A DNA stretch of 64,000 bases from Candidatus Cloacimonadota bacterium (lineage in GTDB: Bacteria > Cloacimonadota > Cloacimonadia > JGIOTU-2), in assembly GCA_049903315.1 (NCBI GenBank), contig JBNGBT010000005.1, positions 160,001 through 224,000 on the forward strand, read 5' to 3'. This document shows, in pieces, positions 25,374 to 35,040 of this stretch (positions are counted from its first letter, which is position 1; each line of letters starts with the position of its first letter). The notes beneath the pieces were generated by a model. That model ran no database searches and was not told where the DNA came from. It was given only the letters and a program-made list of their open reading frames with translations. Both the position numbers and the translations under genes were made by a program.

Positions 25374-26554
25374 GAAATGTCGCAATATTAGGTGTCGGAA
25401 TGACCGATTTCGGAAGGTTGGAAGATGATACTCTTATGGATATTCTATCATCGGCTTCCATCCATGCAATTGATGACGCAGGTATCGATCCTAAATTGAT
25501 CGATCTGGTATATGTCGCAAATATGGGGGGAGGTATCCTGAATCATAGAACAGCTATTGCTAGTGGTCTGGTTGATAATATTGGATTGATCCCTGCTGCT
25601 GCCGACACGATTGAGAACGGACCTGCTTCCGGTGGTTCTGCTATCAAGGACGGTGTGATGGCTGTTGCTTCCGGCTATTATGATTTTGTTCTCGTAGTTG
25701 GCGGAGAAAAGATGAGAGATGTAACCGGTTGGAGAGCAACGGATTTCGTGGCTACTTTGACCCATCCCGATGCGGAATATATTTATGGGATTACTTTGCC
25801 CGGTATGGCTGGGATGTTCGCAAATCTCTATATGGAAAAATATGGATATACCCGTCGTCATCTCGCTGAAGTTGCAATAAAAAATCATAAAAATGCACTG
25901 ATGAATCCTTATGCACATGTTCAAATGGACATTGCCATGAAGGGTATTATTGATTCTCCTGATGCAGTTGTGAATAACTCTCCACTTGCGGAACCCTTGC
26001 ATTTGTTTGACTCCTGTCCTGTAAGCGACGGAGGTGCCGCAATTATTCTTTGCCCTGAAGATCGGGTGAAGGAATTCAATAAACCTGTGATACGAGTCGC
26101 AGGATTCGGACAAGCAACAGATACACTCACTCTTGCAGAAAGGGATGATCCTACTGACCTGAAAGCTGTTACTCTTGCATGTGAGCAGGCATACAAAAGA
26201 GCAGGTATCACTGCAAAGGATATTGATTTTGCTGAACTGCACGACGCATTCACCATTTTGGAGATCGCTGAAGCAGAACATGCAGGACTGTATAAAAAGG
26301 GGGGATATAAAAAAGCAATCGAGTCGGGGGATAACAAGATCACAGGCAGTCTGCCGATCAATCCTTCAGGCGGATTAAAATCCAGAGGTCATCCTGTGGG
26401 TGCTACGGGTGTGGCACAAGCAGTGGAAGTGACGTGGCAGTTGCGTGGAGAAGCAGGCGGAAGACAGGTGAAGAACGCCAAAACAGCTTTAACAGTGAAT
26501 TTTGGCGGATTCGGAAACAATGTCGTTGCTCTTGTGCTCAGAAGGGAGAAATAA
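25370..26554 (+). CDS. SCP2-type thiolase-fold protein lacking the catalytic cysteines
   Basis: GVGMTDFG, KNHKNALMNP, PVSDGGAA, ELHDAF, NPSGGL..GHPVGATG. The usual ExACASG reads ENGPASG. Confidence 0.9.
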   Translation: MRNVAILGVGMTDFGRLEDDTLMDILSSASIHAIDDAGIDPKLIDLVYVANMGGGILNHRTAIASGLVDNIGLIPAAADTIENGPASGGSAIKDGVMAVASGYYDFVLVVGGEKMRDVTGWRATDFVATLTHPDAEYIYGITLPGMAGMFANLYMEKYGYTRRHLAEVAIKNHKNALMNPYAHVQMDIAMKGIIDSPDAVVNNSPLAEPLHLFDSCPVSDGGAAIILCPEDRVKEFNKPVIRVAGFGQATDTLTLAERDDPTDLKAVTLACEQAYKRAGITAKDIDFAELHDAFTILEIAEAEHAGLYKKGGYKKAIESGDNKITGSLPINPSGGLKSRGHPVGATGVAQAVEVTWQLRGEAGGRQVKNAKTALTVNFGGFGNNVVALVLRREK

Positions 26555-26898
26555 TGAAAAGAAAAAATGACAAAGCATATAAATGTAAGAAGTGCGGGAG
26601 AGTCACCTATCCGGAGCGCGTTGTGTGTCTGAATTGCGGAAGTCGAGAATTTGATATTATCCCTTTTACAGATGAATGCACTTTACTCACCTTCTCACAG
26701 ATCTTCCAGTTGCCATGGGGTATCAATGACAGGTATCTTACTCTTGGAGTGTGCAAATTTGATAACGGCATAAAAGCAATGGGACGAATCACAACTCCGA
26801 AAGTAAAAAATGGTATGAGAATGAAAGCAAATTGGAAGTTATTCCGGGAAATTGCTGGCGAAGACGTTTGGGGATGGGAGTTTGAACCGATAAAATAG
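26554..26898 (+). CDS. DUF35 (Zn-ribbon + OB-fold) thiolase partner
   Basis: CKKCG...YPERVVCLNCG. TAATG overlap with the thiolase stop. Confidence 0.88.
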   Translation: MKRKNDKAYKCKKCGRVTYPERVVCLNCGSREFDIIPFTDECTLLTFSQIFQLPWGINDRYLTLGVCKFDNGIKAMGRITTPKVKNGMRMKANWKLFREIAGEDVWGWEFEPIK

Positions 26899-27031
26899 AA
26901 GATATTAGACTTGTAGTTTCTACATGCCCTGAAAAGAAATATGATTGAGAAAGGTCTTTGATGAGCTTAATCGAGCATATCACAGTGTAATATATAGAGC
27001 AGTGATTTAAATGTATAAATGAGGAGAAAAA

Positions 27032-27469
27032 GTGAAAATCGGTATATTTATTTGTGACAGATTCAGCACCTGTGCCGGCGGGAAATGCCTGAGAGCAATG
27101 CGGAACCGCGAGGGTGCCTTTAATGTTTATGATAAGAGTGAACCTCTTGAAGTGGTGGGCTACACCTCTTGCGGCGGATGTCCCGGCGGAAACATAGAAT
27201 ATGCACCTGTCGAGATGATTAAAAATGGCGCAGAAGCGATTCATCTGGCTACCGGATTTGTCGTCGGTTATCCTCCATGCCCACATATTATACAATTTAA
27301 AAAATTCATTGAAGAAAAGTACGATATTCCCGTCGTGATCGGGACACATCCGATTCCGCAGAATTATTACATTACACATACAAATCTCGGAACATGGGAA
27401 TCACCCGAGTGGGACGAGATCATCAAGCCGACACTTGCAGATGAGGTTATGCGCAAATCGTATGATTGA
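27032..27469 (+). CDS. CGGC domain-containing protein
   Basis: CAGGKC, SCGGCPG, IHLATG, PPCP, VIGTH. Confidence 0.9.
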   Translation: MKIGIFICDRFSTCAGGKCLRAMRNREGAFNVYDKSEPLEVVGYTSCGGCPGGNIEYAPVEMIKNGAEAIHLATGFVVGYPPCPHIIQFKKFIEEKYDIPVVIGTHPIPQNYYITHTNLGTWESPEWDEIIKPTLADEVMRKSYD

Positions 27470-27574
27470 GAAATGGTACTTAGGAAGAATACATTTATTG
27501 AGATTTTTCCGAATTTTAATTGTATTGATGTACTCAAATAAATGAATGTGGTATGATAAAAATGAGGTGTTAAT

Positions 27575-28828
27575 GTGAAAGACTTAAACGGCAAAAATTT
27601 TGTTATTGGTTTTCAACAGATGTTCGTGATGTTTGGTGCCACTGTTCTTGTGCCGCTGCTCACCGGTTTGGATGTGGGTGTAACACTCTTCTCTGCAGGT
27701 ATTGGCACACTTTTATTTCATGTGATCACCAAGTTTAAGGTGCCTGTTTTTTTAGGTTCATCTTTTGCCTTTATTCCGGGTATCATTGCAGTATCCACCG
27801 CAAAAGGCGGCTCATTGCCGGAAGCCCTGGGCGGCGTTGTGATCGCAGGTTTGGTCTATATTGTCGTTGCCATTATCTTTAAATTTATCAGCGTAAAAAC
27901 ATTACATAAGATACTGCCCCCATTTGTCACAGGACCAATGATAATCCTCATCGGTTTGATACTGGCACCGGTCGCGATCAGCAATGCAAACGGAACGAAT
28001 TCAGCAGCGGTAGTTGAGATGATCGGTGTGAATGGCTGCTGGTTTATTGCTTTGTGTACATTTGCAGTGGCAGTTTTTGTAAAAATCTTCTTCGCAAAAG
28101 TGGGGCAGAAATTCTTATCAATGCTTCCTGTCCTTTTTGCGCTTGTTATCGGCTACCTGCTGTCAATCTTGTTAGGAATAGTTGATTTTACCACAGTTAA
28201 TGAAGCTGCCTGGATCGGTTTGCCGAAGTTTTCGCTTCCGGTTTTTTCAGTGCGTTCAATATCAATAATCGCACCAATTGCAATAGTGACCATTGTAGAA
28301 CACTTCGGTGATATTCTTGCAATCGGAAATGTAGTGGGAAAGGATTTTTTCAAAGATCCGGGCATACATAGAACATTGATGGGTGACGGACTCGCGACGT
28401 CACTTTCTGCGATGATCGGTGGACCTGCAAATACCACGTATAGTGAAAATACAGGCGCCGTAGCTCTAACAGGAAATTATAATCCGATTATTATGAGAAT
28501 TGCTGCAGTGTGCGCAATTGTGCTTTCTTTGGTCCCGAAATTTACCGCAGTTATCTCTACAATTCCAGTGCCGGTCATCGGTGGAATATCGATCTTGCTC
28601 TTTGGAATGATCTCTGCAATTGGTATCAAGAACATGGTTGATAACAAAGTTGATCTTACAGACCCCAAGATCCTCATGACATGCGCTGCAATGCTTGTTT
28701 TGGGATTGGGTGGAGCAAAATTTACTATCGGAAATTTCGAACTCGAAGGTTTGGGGCTTGCTGCAATTGTGGGAGTCCTTCTCAATATCATTTTGAATTT
28801 TAAGGAGATAGCATCAAAGCAAGAATAG
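27575..28828 (+). CDS. NCS2 nucleobase:cation symporter, UraA/PyrP (uracil) type
   Basis: MFGATVLVP, FLGSSFAFI, VEHFGD, signature NTTYSENTG with Glu as in uracil carriers. Confidence 0.9.
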   Translation: MKDLNGKNFVIGFQQMFVMFGATVLVPLLTGLDVGVTLFSAGIGTLLFHVITKFKVPVFLGSSFAFIPGIIAVSTAKGGSLPEALGGVVIAGLVYIVVAIIFKFISVKTLHKILPPFVTGPMIILIGLILAPVAISNANGTNSAAVVEMIGVNGCWFIALCTFAVAVFVKIFFAKVGQKFLSMLPVLFALVIGYLLSILLGIVDFTTVNEAAWIGLPKFSLPVFSVRSISIIAPIAIVTIVEHFGDILAIGNVVGKDFFKDPGIHRTLMGDGLATSLSAMIGGPANTTYSENTGAVALTGNYNPIIMRIAAVCAIVLSLVPKFTAVISTIPVPVIGGISILLFGMISAIGIKNMVDNKVDLTDPKILMTCAAMLVLGLGGAKFTIGNFELEGLGLAAIVGVLLNIILNFKEIASKQE

Positions 28829-28996
28829 CATTATTCATTAGGAAGTGCATACAGTTCATCGATTAAATTCATGAAGTAAGGTTGGGGGTATCTATACTAT
28901 AGAAATTTTAAACTTGACGTGATAAATTTATTTTTTAAAAGAATAAATAGTGTTTTAAGTACTTTGAATTTTCTTTAAAATTTATTAGGACATCAT

Positions 28997-31165
28997 GTGA
29001 AAAAAAGAATAATTTCGATCATTTTTTTTCTAGTACTGCTACTTTCTACTTCTGAATTATATTCACAACAACAAAGGACATTTCGTGTTGGAGTATATAA
29101 CAACTATCCCAAAGTATATATCACTGATCAGGGAGATGTGCTGGGAATATATCCTGAGTTGCTTGATTATATTGCATTACAAGAAAACTGGAATATTGAA
29201 TATATTGAAGGAACATGGAATGAGGGACTGCAACGGCTTGAAAATGCTGAAATCGATATGATGGTGGATGTAGCTTTTTCTGAAGAAAGAGAAAAAAAAT
29301 ATGATTTTAACAATGAGACAATTTTAATAAACTGGGGTTGTATTTATACAAAATCCAAACTAAATATTAACTCCGTTGTTGATTTGAACGGAAAAACTGT
29401 CGCAGTAATGAAGGAGAGCATTCATACTACAGGTGAAGACGGCATATATAAACTTGTTGATCAGTTTAGGGTGAAGTGTTCATTTATCGAAGTGAATGAT
29501 TATTATGAAGTATTTGATCTGATAAAAAAGGGGGAGGTTGATGCAGGAGTGGTCAACCGGATATTTGGTGCAGATTTCGAAGATAAGTATGGTGTAAAGA
29601 AAACCAATTTTATCTTCAATCCAATTCAGCTTAGATTTGCGTTTCCTAAAAATTCTCTCCTCTCAGAATATTTAATAACAGAGATCGATGAAAATCTGAA
29701 AGTACTGCAAAAAAATACAAATTCAATATATTACACTACCTTAGCAAGATACAACCTTTATCCTAAGAAAGGAGTTCCTGAGTGGTTGATCCCTCTTATT
29801 ACTGCTTTGATTATAATTACTATATTTTTTATTTTGATGTATCTCCTCATGAAGTGGAATATAAAGCAGCAAACGCGAGTTCTTAAAATTACAAATCTTG
29901 AACTAAAGAAGGAGATCGCAGAACATCAGCAAACCCTAAAGGAATTGGAGATCAGCAGAGAGAACTATAGAAATTTTGTAGAAAATATTCCAGGTTTGGT
30001 CTATATGTACGACCAGGATGAGTACGGTACAAGAACGCCGGTTCTGAGCACAAATAGGAATGAGGAATTTCTCGGTAAAGATGTGGCAGAGGAGATTGAG
30101 AAAAATTATAGCAGTTTCTTCGATTATATTCTTCCTGAAGATAAAAAAAGAATACAGAGACTATCCAAAGAGGTGGAAAATTCAGGAAAAGCTTTTAATT
30201 ATGAATACAGAGTCCATATCCCTGATAATCAGATAAAATGGTTCAGATCGATTGGGCGTGTGAAAATACTCCCTGATGGAAAGCGAAGATGGCAGGGTGT
30301 AATACTGGATATTAATGAGCGGAAAAAAGCGGAACAGGAACTTGAACTGTATCGTGGACAGCTAGAAAAACTAGTGAAAACCAGAACAGAGGATCTTGAA
30401 CAAAAGACTAAAGAACTGGAAAAAGCAAACATAGAACTGACAGAAGCAGATAAACTCAAATCAATATTCCTCGCTAGTATGAGTCATGAACTCAGAACTC
30501 CACTTAACTCAATTATCGGATTTACCGGCATACTTCTTATGGGCATGGTGGGAGAACTCTCGACTGAACAGAAGACTCAGTTGAAGATCGTTAAAAATAG
30601 TGCAAATCATTTATTAGAACTCATTAATGACATACTCGATATTTCTAAGATTGAAGCAGGGAAAGTGGATCTTCATAAAGAAACATTTATGATGAATGAT
30701 ATAATCACAGAGGTATTGGAGACATTCAAACACAGCGCAGATGAAAAAGGATTAGAACTCATTATACAATTTGATGAGAACATCGAAGTCTATACGGACC
30801 TGAGAAGATTCAAGCAGGTGATCATCAATCTTGTTGGGAATGCGGTCAAATTTACGGATCAAGGCAGTGTGAATGTTATTACTGAACTCAAAGATGGCGG
30901 AGAAGTAGACATTACTGTGAAAGATACAGGTGTCGGGATTAAAAAAGAAGATATGGGGAAACTGTTTGAGCCGTTCCAGCAGGTCGATTCCGAGCTTACA
31001 AAAAAACGTGAAGGTACAGGTTTGGGTCTTCATCTGACACAGAAGATCATGGATCTATTGAATGGGAAAATACATGTAGAAAGTATACCTGGAGAAGGTA
31101 CAATTTTTATAATGACCTTCCTACACATTATAAAGGATAATAATGAAGAAAGTATTAGTAATTGA
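28997..31165 (+). CDS. Sensor histidine kinase (periplasmic solute-binding domain, PAS, HisKA, HATPase)
   Basis: Signal peptide, SBP-like domain, TM helix, PAS, MSHELRTPL, NAVKFT, DTGVG, GTGLGL. Confidence 0.92.
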   Translation: MKKRIISIIFFLVLLLSTSELYSQQQRTFRVGVYNNYPKVYITDQGDVLGIYPELLDYIALQENWNIEYIEGTWNEGLQRLENAEIDMMVDVAFSEEREKKYDFNNETILINWGCIYTKSKLNINSVVDLNGKTVAVMKESIHTTGEDGIYKLVDQFRVKCSFIEVNDYYEVFDLIKKGEVDAGVVNRIFGADFEDKYGVKKTNFIFNPIQLRFAFPKNSLLSEYLITEIDENLKVLQKNTNSIYYTTLARYNLYPKKGVPEWLIPLITALIIITIFFILMYLLMKWNIKQQTRVLKITNLELKKEIAEHQQTLKELEISRENYRNFVENIPGLVYMYDQDEYGTRTPVLSTNRNEEFLGKDVAEEIEKNYSSFFDYILPEDKKRIQRLSKEVENSGKAFNYEYRVHIPDNQIKWFRSIGRVKILPDGKRRWQGVILDINERKKAEQELELYRGQLEKLVKTRTEDLEQKTKELEKANIELTEADKLKSIFLASMSHELRTPLNSIIGFTGILLMGMVGELSTEQKTQLKIVKNSANHLLELINDILDISKIEAGKVDLHKETFMMNDIITEVLETFKHSADEKGLELIIQFDENIEVYTDLRRFKQVIINLVGNAVKFTDQGSVNVITELKDGGEVDITVKDTGVGIKKEDMGKLFEPFQQVDSELTKKREGTGLGLHLTQKIMDLLNGKIHVESIPGEGTIFIMTFLHIIKDNNEESISN

Positions 31166-31502
31166 AGACAACGAAGCAAATCTCTATCTGATAAGCTTTA
31201 TCCTCAAACAGAATGATCTGGAAGTGATCAGTACAAAAAAAGGAATAAAGGGTGTTGAACTTGCACTCACAGAACAACCCAATCTTATCATCATGGATAT
31301 TCAACTGCCCGATATCAATGGACTTGAAGCAACCAAGCGAATCAGGAAAGATGAAAAAGGAAAAGACCTAACAATCGTTGCATTAACGTCTTATGCTATG
31401 GCAGGAGACCGTGAAAAGGCATTACAAGCCGGGTGCACGGGCTATATGGAAAAACCAATAAATCCGGAATTTTTTATAAAGGAGCTAAATAAATATCTTT
31501 AG
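31143..31502 (+). CDS. Single-domain response regulator (DivK-like)
   Basis: VIEDN, MDIQLP, ALTSYAM, EKP. Confidence 0.92.
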   Translation: MKKVLVIEDNEANLYLISFILKQNDLEVISTKKGIKGVELALTEQPNLIIMDIQLPDINGLEATKRIRKDEKGKDLTIVALTSYAMAGDREKALQAGCTGYMEKPINPEFFIKELNKYL

Positions 31503-31520
31503 CTTCGAAAGGATGTAATA

Positions 31521-32684
31521 ATGAAAATTTTAGTAATTGATGACAAAGACGATGCCAGGTATTTTCTGAAAGTATTATTTGAGGGAAAAGGTCATAAGGT
31601 TTCAAGCGCTACGAATGGGAATGAAGCACTGGACATTCTGAAAGAAAATAAAATTGATCTTATTATCAGTGATATTCTTATGCCGGATATGGATGGGTTT
31701 GAGTTTTGTAAAATCGTGAAAACTGATAATGAAATGAAGCATACACCCTTTGTTTTCTATACTGCCACCTATGTTGATAAAAAAGATGAAGAATTTTCAC
31801 TCGAACTTGGCGCTGACTTGTTCCTTCGAAAGCCAATGGATCCTGATACACTTATGAAGGAACTCAGCGGTCTCATGAAACAAATTGAAGATAAGACCTA
31901 CAAATACCAGGAAATGAAACTCAAGACTGAAAAAGATATTTATAAACTCTATAATCGCAGATTAATCAAAAAATTGGAAGATAAAATTGTACAACTCGAA
32001 TCAGAAATAGAACGACGTTCAAAAGCCGAGATGAAACTTCATAAAACAATACAGGAAAAGGAAATCCTTCTCAAAGAGTTATATCATCGAACAAGAAACA
32101 ATATGCAGGTCATTATTTCGATGCTCAGATTATATTCAACAAAACTATTGAATGAACGCTGGAACGAAGAAGCTATAGAAAATATCATCAGCAAGATAAG
32201 AACCATGGCACTGGTACATCAAAAGCTCTATGAATCTCAGGATCTGTCGCATGTGAATCTTCGAGAATATTTCGAGAGTATGCTGAAGATGTTGAAAGAG
32301 AGTTATTTTGATGTACTAGATGAATGCGAGATCAAAATAGACCTCGAAGATGTGAAGGTTCTTTTAGACACAGCGATCCCGCTTGGATTCATCCTGAATG
32401 AACTCCTTACAAATGCATGCAAACATGCATTTACTGATGAACAAAAGAAAATGATACATATTAAACTTCATCAAAATGATATGAAGCAGATGGTTTTATG
32501 TGTTGAAGATAACGGAATTGGGCTCCCTGATAATTTTAATATACAGTCAGATGATAATATAGGACTTATACTCATTTCCAGTTTGGTTGATAATCAGTTA
32601 GGTGGAAAGATCGAGCACAAATATGAAAATGGTTTGAAATGGAAGGTAACCATTGATAAAGAAGTTTATTCAGAAAGGGTGTGA
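31521..32684 (+). CDS. Response regulator fused to a HisKA_2-type histidine kinase
   Basis: REC (IDD, SDILMP), ELYHRTRNNMQ, NELLTNACKHAF, DNGIG. Confidence 0.9.
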   Translation: MKILVIDDKDDARYFLKVLFEGKGHKVSSATNGNEALDILKENKIDLIISDILMPDMDGFEFCKIVKTDNEMKHTPFVFYTATYVDKKDEEFSLELGADLFLRKPMDPDTLMKELSGLMKQIEDKTYKYQEMKLKTEKDIYKLYNRRLIKKLEDKIVQLESEIERRSKAEMKLHKTIQEKEILLKELYHRTRNNMQVIISMLRLYSTKLLNERWNEEAIENIISKIRTMALVHQKLYESQDLSHVNLREYFESMLKMLKESYFDVLDECEIKIDLEDVKVLLDTAIPLGFILNELLTNACKHAFTDEQKKMIHIKLHQNDMKQMVLCVEDNGIGLPDNFNIQSDDNIGLILISSLVDNQLGGKIEHKYENGLKWKVTIDKEVYSERV

Positions 32685-33051
32685 TGAGATCAAAACACAA
32701 AAAATTCTTATTGTAGAGGATGAAACACTTATTGCTCTAAACCTAAAGCGCTATCTTGAGAAACAAGGTTACTGTGTCCTTGAACCTGTTGCATCAGGGG
32801 AGGATGCACTCATAGTGATCAAAACAGATTGTCCGACGATCATTCTTCTTGATATACGCTTATCTGGAGAAATGACGGGGCTGGATGTTGCACGAAATAT
32901 TGGGTGTCCATCAACACCGATCTTAATAATTTTTATGACTGGCTATATTACTCCCGAAATTAAAGCAGAAGCAATGGAATTAAATCCAGTTGCTTTTTTA
33001 GAGAAACCCGTGGATGTCTATGAAATTATGAAAGTACTTGGAAATTTATGA
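32653..33051 (+). CDS. Single-domain response regulator (start uncertain)
   Basis: ILIVEDE, LLDIRL, FMTGY, EKP. No ATG at the expected start (ATC at about 32689). Confidence 0.82.
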   Translation: MIKKFIQKGCDEIKTQKILIVEDETLIALNLKRYLEKQGYCVLEPVASGEDALIVIKTDCPTIILLDIRLSGEMTGLDVARNIGCPSTPILIIFMTGYITPEIKAEAMELNPVAFLEKPVDVYEIMKVLGNL

Positions 33052-33109
33052 GGTATTATTACAAACTATTGAGAATAATTGTAGTTGAAAAAATTTTAAT
33101 TTCCGGATA

Positions 33110-34195
33110 TTAACTCCCAATATTCTTTAACAATTCTTCGTTATTCTTGGTCTTATCAATCAACTCTTTCAGTTTTACGATTGCATCTATTTTATCATAA
33201 CGCAGAAGTTCTTTCCGCAAACGGTTTATCTTCATAAGCTGATCTTCGGGAATGAGCAGTTCTTCCTTCCTCGTGCCGCTTTCCAGGATATTGATGGCAG
33301 GATACACACGCTGGTCTGCGATATCTCTATCCAGAATTATCTCACAATTGCCTGTGCCTTTGAATTCCTGGAAGATCATCTGATCCATACGCGATCCCGT
33401 ATCCGTGAGAATGGTTGCAAGTATCGTGCACGAGCCGCCATGCTGAATATTTCGCGCCAGCCCGAACAGTTTACGGGGCAGTTCCAGTGCGGACGAGCCC
33501 AAGCCGCCGGACATCGTTCTACTCTGAGGATTTCTTTCGCTGCTGTTATATGCTCTTCCCATACGGGTCAAGCTGTCCAGCAGGATGACCGTATCATGTC
33601 CGCATTCCAGTTCCACTTTGATATGGCTGATAAGAAAATTGGAGAGTGTCACATGCGAGCGCAGTCCCTGGTCAAAAGAACTGAAAAAAACCTGCACATT
33701 TGTATTTTGTTTGAAAGAAGTCACTTCTTCAGGGCGCTCATCTATGAGAAGAATGATCACGCGTACTTTGTGGTCGATATGGATAAGTGAATTTGCCATT
33801 TGCTCGAGAAGTACTGTCTTGCCTGCTCTCGGCGGGGAAACGATCAGTCCTCGTGTGCCTTTGCCAAGCGGAATCATCAGGTCGATAATGCGAAGGGAAT
33901 CATACTCGGAAGCGCCGAGTTCAAATTTTTCATCAGGATTTTCAGGCACAAGTTCCGCAAAGGGTGTACGGTTGCGGAACTCATCCGGCTCCATGTCACA
34001 AATAGAAACGATCTTCCCGATCCTTCTTCCATTGATCTCACACGTGATGCGTGCGCCGCTCACCAGCTTATACTGAGAAATGAGCCGATGGGGGAAGTCG
34101 TAATTCGGCCTGTTCCGGTCAAAAGGACTTTCCCATAAAATGGGCGTCTGATTGCCGGAGATGTCGAGTAATCCATGAAAGGTCTTAGATGTCAT
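33110..34195 (-). CDS. rho: Transcription termination factor Rho, short form
   Basis: PPRAGKT, LIDERPEEV, LLDSLTR, FQEFKGTGN, SGTRKEELL. Lacks the N-terminal helical domain. Confidence 0.88.
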   Translation of the reverse strand: MTSKTFHGLLDISGNQTPILWESPFDRNRPNYDFPHRLISQYKLVSGARITCEINGRRIGKIVSICDMEPDEFRNRTPFAELVPENPDEKFELGASEYDSLRIIDLMIPLGKGTRGLIVSPPRAGKTVLLEQMANSLIHIDHKVRVIILLIDERPEEVTSFKQNTNVQVFFSSFDQGLRSHVTLSNFLISHIKVELECGHDTVILLDSLTRMGRAYNSSERNPQSRTMSGGLGSSALELPRKLFGLARNIQHGGSCTILATILTDTGSRMDQMIFQEFKGTGNCEIILDRDIADQRVYPAINILESGTRKEELLIPEDQLMKINRLRKELLRYDKIDAIVKLKELIDKTKNNEELLKNIGS

Positions 34196-34254
34196 TGAAC
34201 CGACTTTGGTTGAGCTGAAATTGATGTCAAGAAAGGGAAGAGAAATAAACAATT

Positions 34255-34402
34255 CACCACAGAGAGCACAGAGACCACAGAGAAAAATATTTTGAGCAAG
34301 GAAAGAGAAAGGAGAATGGAGGACGGAGAACGGAGGAGTGAACCACGAAATGCACCCGGCTTCATTACATTACGCCGTGGCAGGCGAAAGAACACGAAAA
34401 AT
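34255..34402 (+). repeat. Cluster of short repeats (cacagag array, ggagaac/ggaggac heptamers, nested aaccacgaaa element)
   Basis: ccacagagagcacagagaccacagagaaaa; ggagaatggaggacggagaacggagg; aaccacgaaatgcac[ccggcttc...ggcagg]cgaaagaacacgaaaa. Confidence 0.65.
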
Positions 34403-34502
34403 AATTTCAGACTGATTTTGTTAGTTTAAATATACCAAAGAGTGTATGAGAGTAACGCAAGATTCCAATCTTGCGCAAAGGCAGTTTGACGTCACATGGT
34501 CG

Positions 34503-34706
34503 ATTGAATTCGACTCCTAAGGATTCCCGAGATACAGGGATGAAGAGGAGACCGCATAAATTTCTTCTAAAATCAAAAATCAGTGTTCATCATTCTTCAA
34601 TTAAAAAATATAGTGTAGGTGCGGGTTTATCCCGCACAAACTTCGTAGTCCAAATTGAATTCGACTCCTAAGGAGTCCCTGATTTTCGGGACGAGGAGGA
34701 GTCGAG
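34503..34706. repeat. Two copies of a hairpin element flanking a GTAG-type REP palindrome
   Basis: Exact 21-nt repeat attgaattcgactcctaagga at 34503 and 34654. Copy 2 forms tcgactcct...aggagtcga with inner gtccc...gggac. gtaggtgcgggtttatcccgcac at 34615-34637. Confidence 0.75.
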
Positions 34707-35040
34707 ACATTACTTGATACACGTTTTGGAATCCACGTTCCTTAGGATTCCACACCACATTTTTCCTCGCCCTCCGGGAGAGGTGAGTCTGCCCTGTGAA
34801 ATATAACTTGTTATTTATTTCATTTAGGGGTGAGGGCAATCCACCAATTTCTTGACAGCTTTGGAAGTAGAATTAACAAAACGAATACGATATTGAATTC
34901 ATACTGTTTTTGTGAGGAAGCTGAGCGGAGAAAAATTTTGGAAGTATCATTATGAAAAAAATTTTAAATAATTCGATAATTATTTTTGTTACGATTGTGA
35001 TTGGATATATATTTTTTATTTACTAGAGAAAAGAAAATTT

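Noticed and set aside
25448..26281. Long antisense ORF (277 aa) and similar shadow ORFs such as 42344-43006 and 26789-27379
   Set aside because: They lie opposite well-supported genes and have no recognisable motifs.
27470..27574. PyrR attenuator or purine riboswitch upstream of the NCS2 permease
   Set aside because: No PyrR-binding loop, aptamer or terminator hairpin is visible in this short AT-rich gap.
34503..34706. Possible CRISPR array (21-nt exact direct repeat)
   Set aside because: Only two copies, 151 bp apart, each continuing into a longer hairpin, and no cas genes nearby. A REP-like element fits better.
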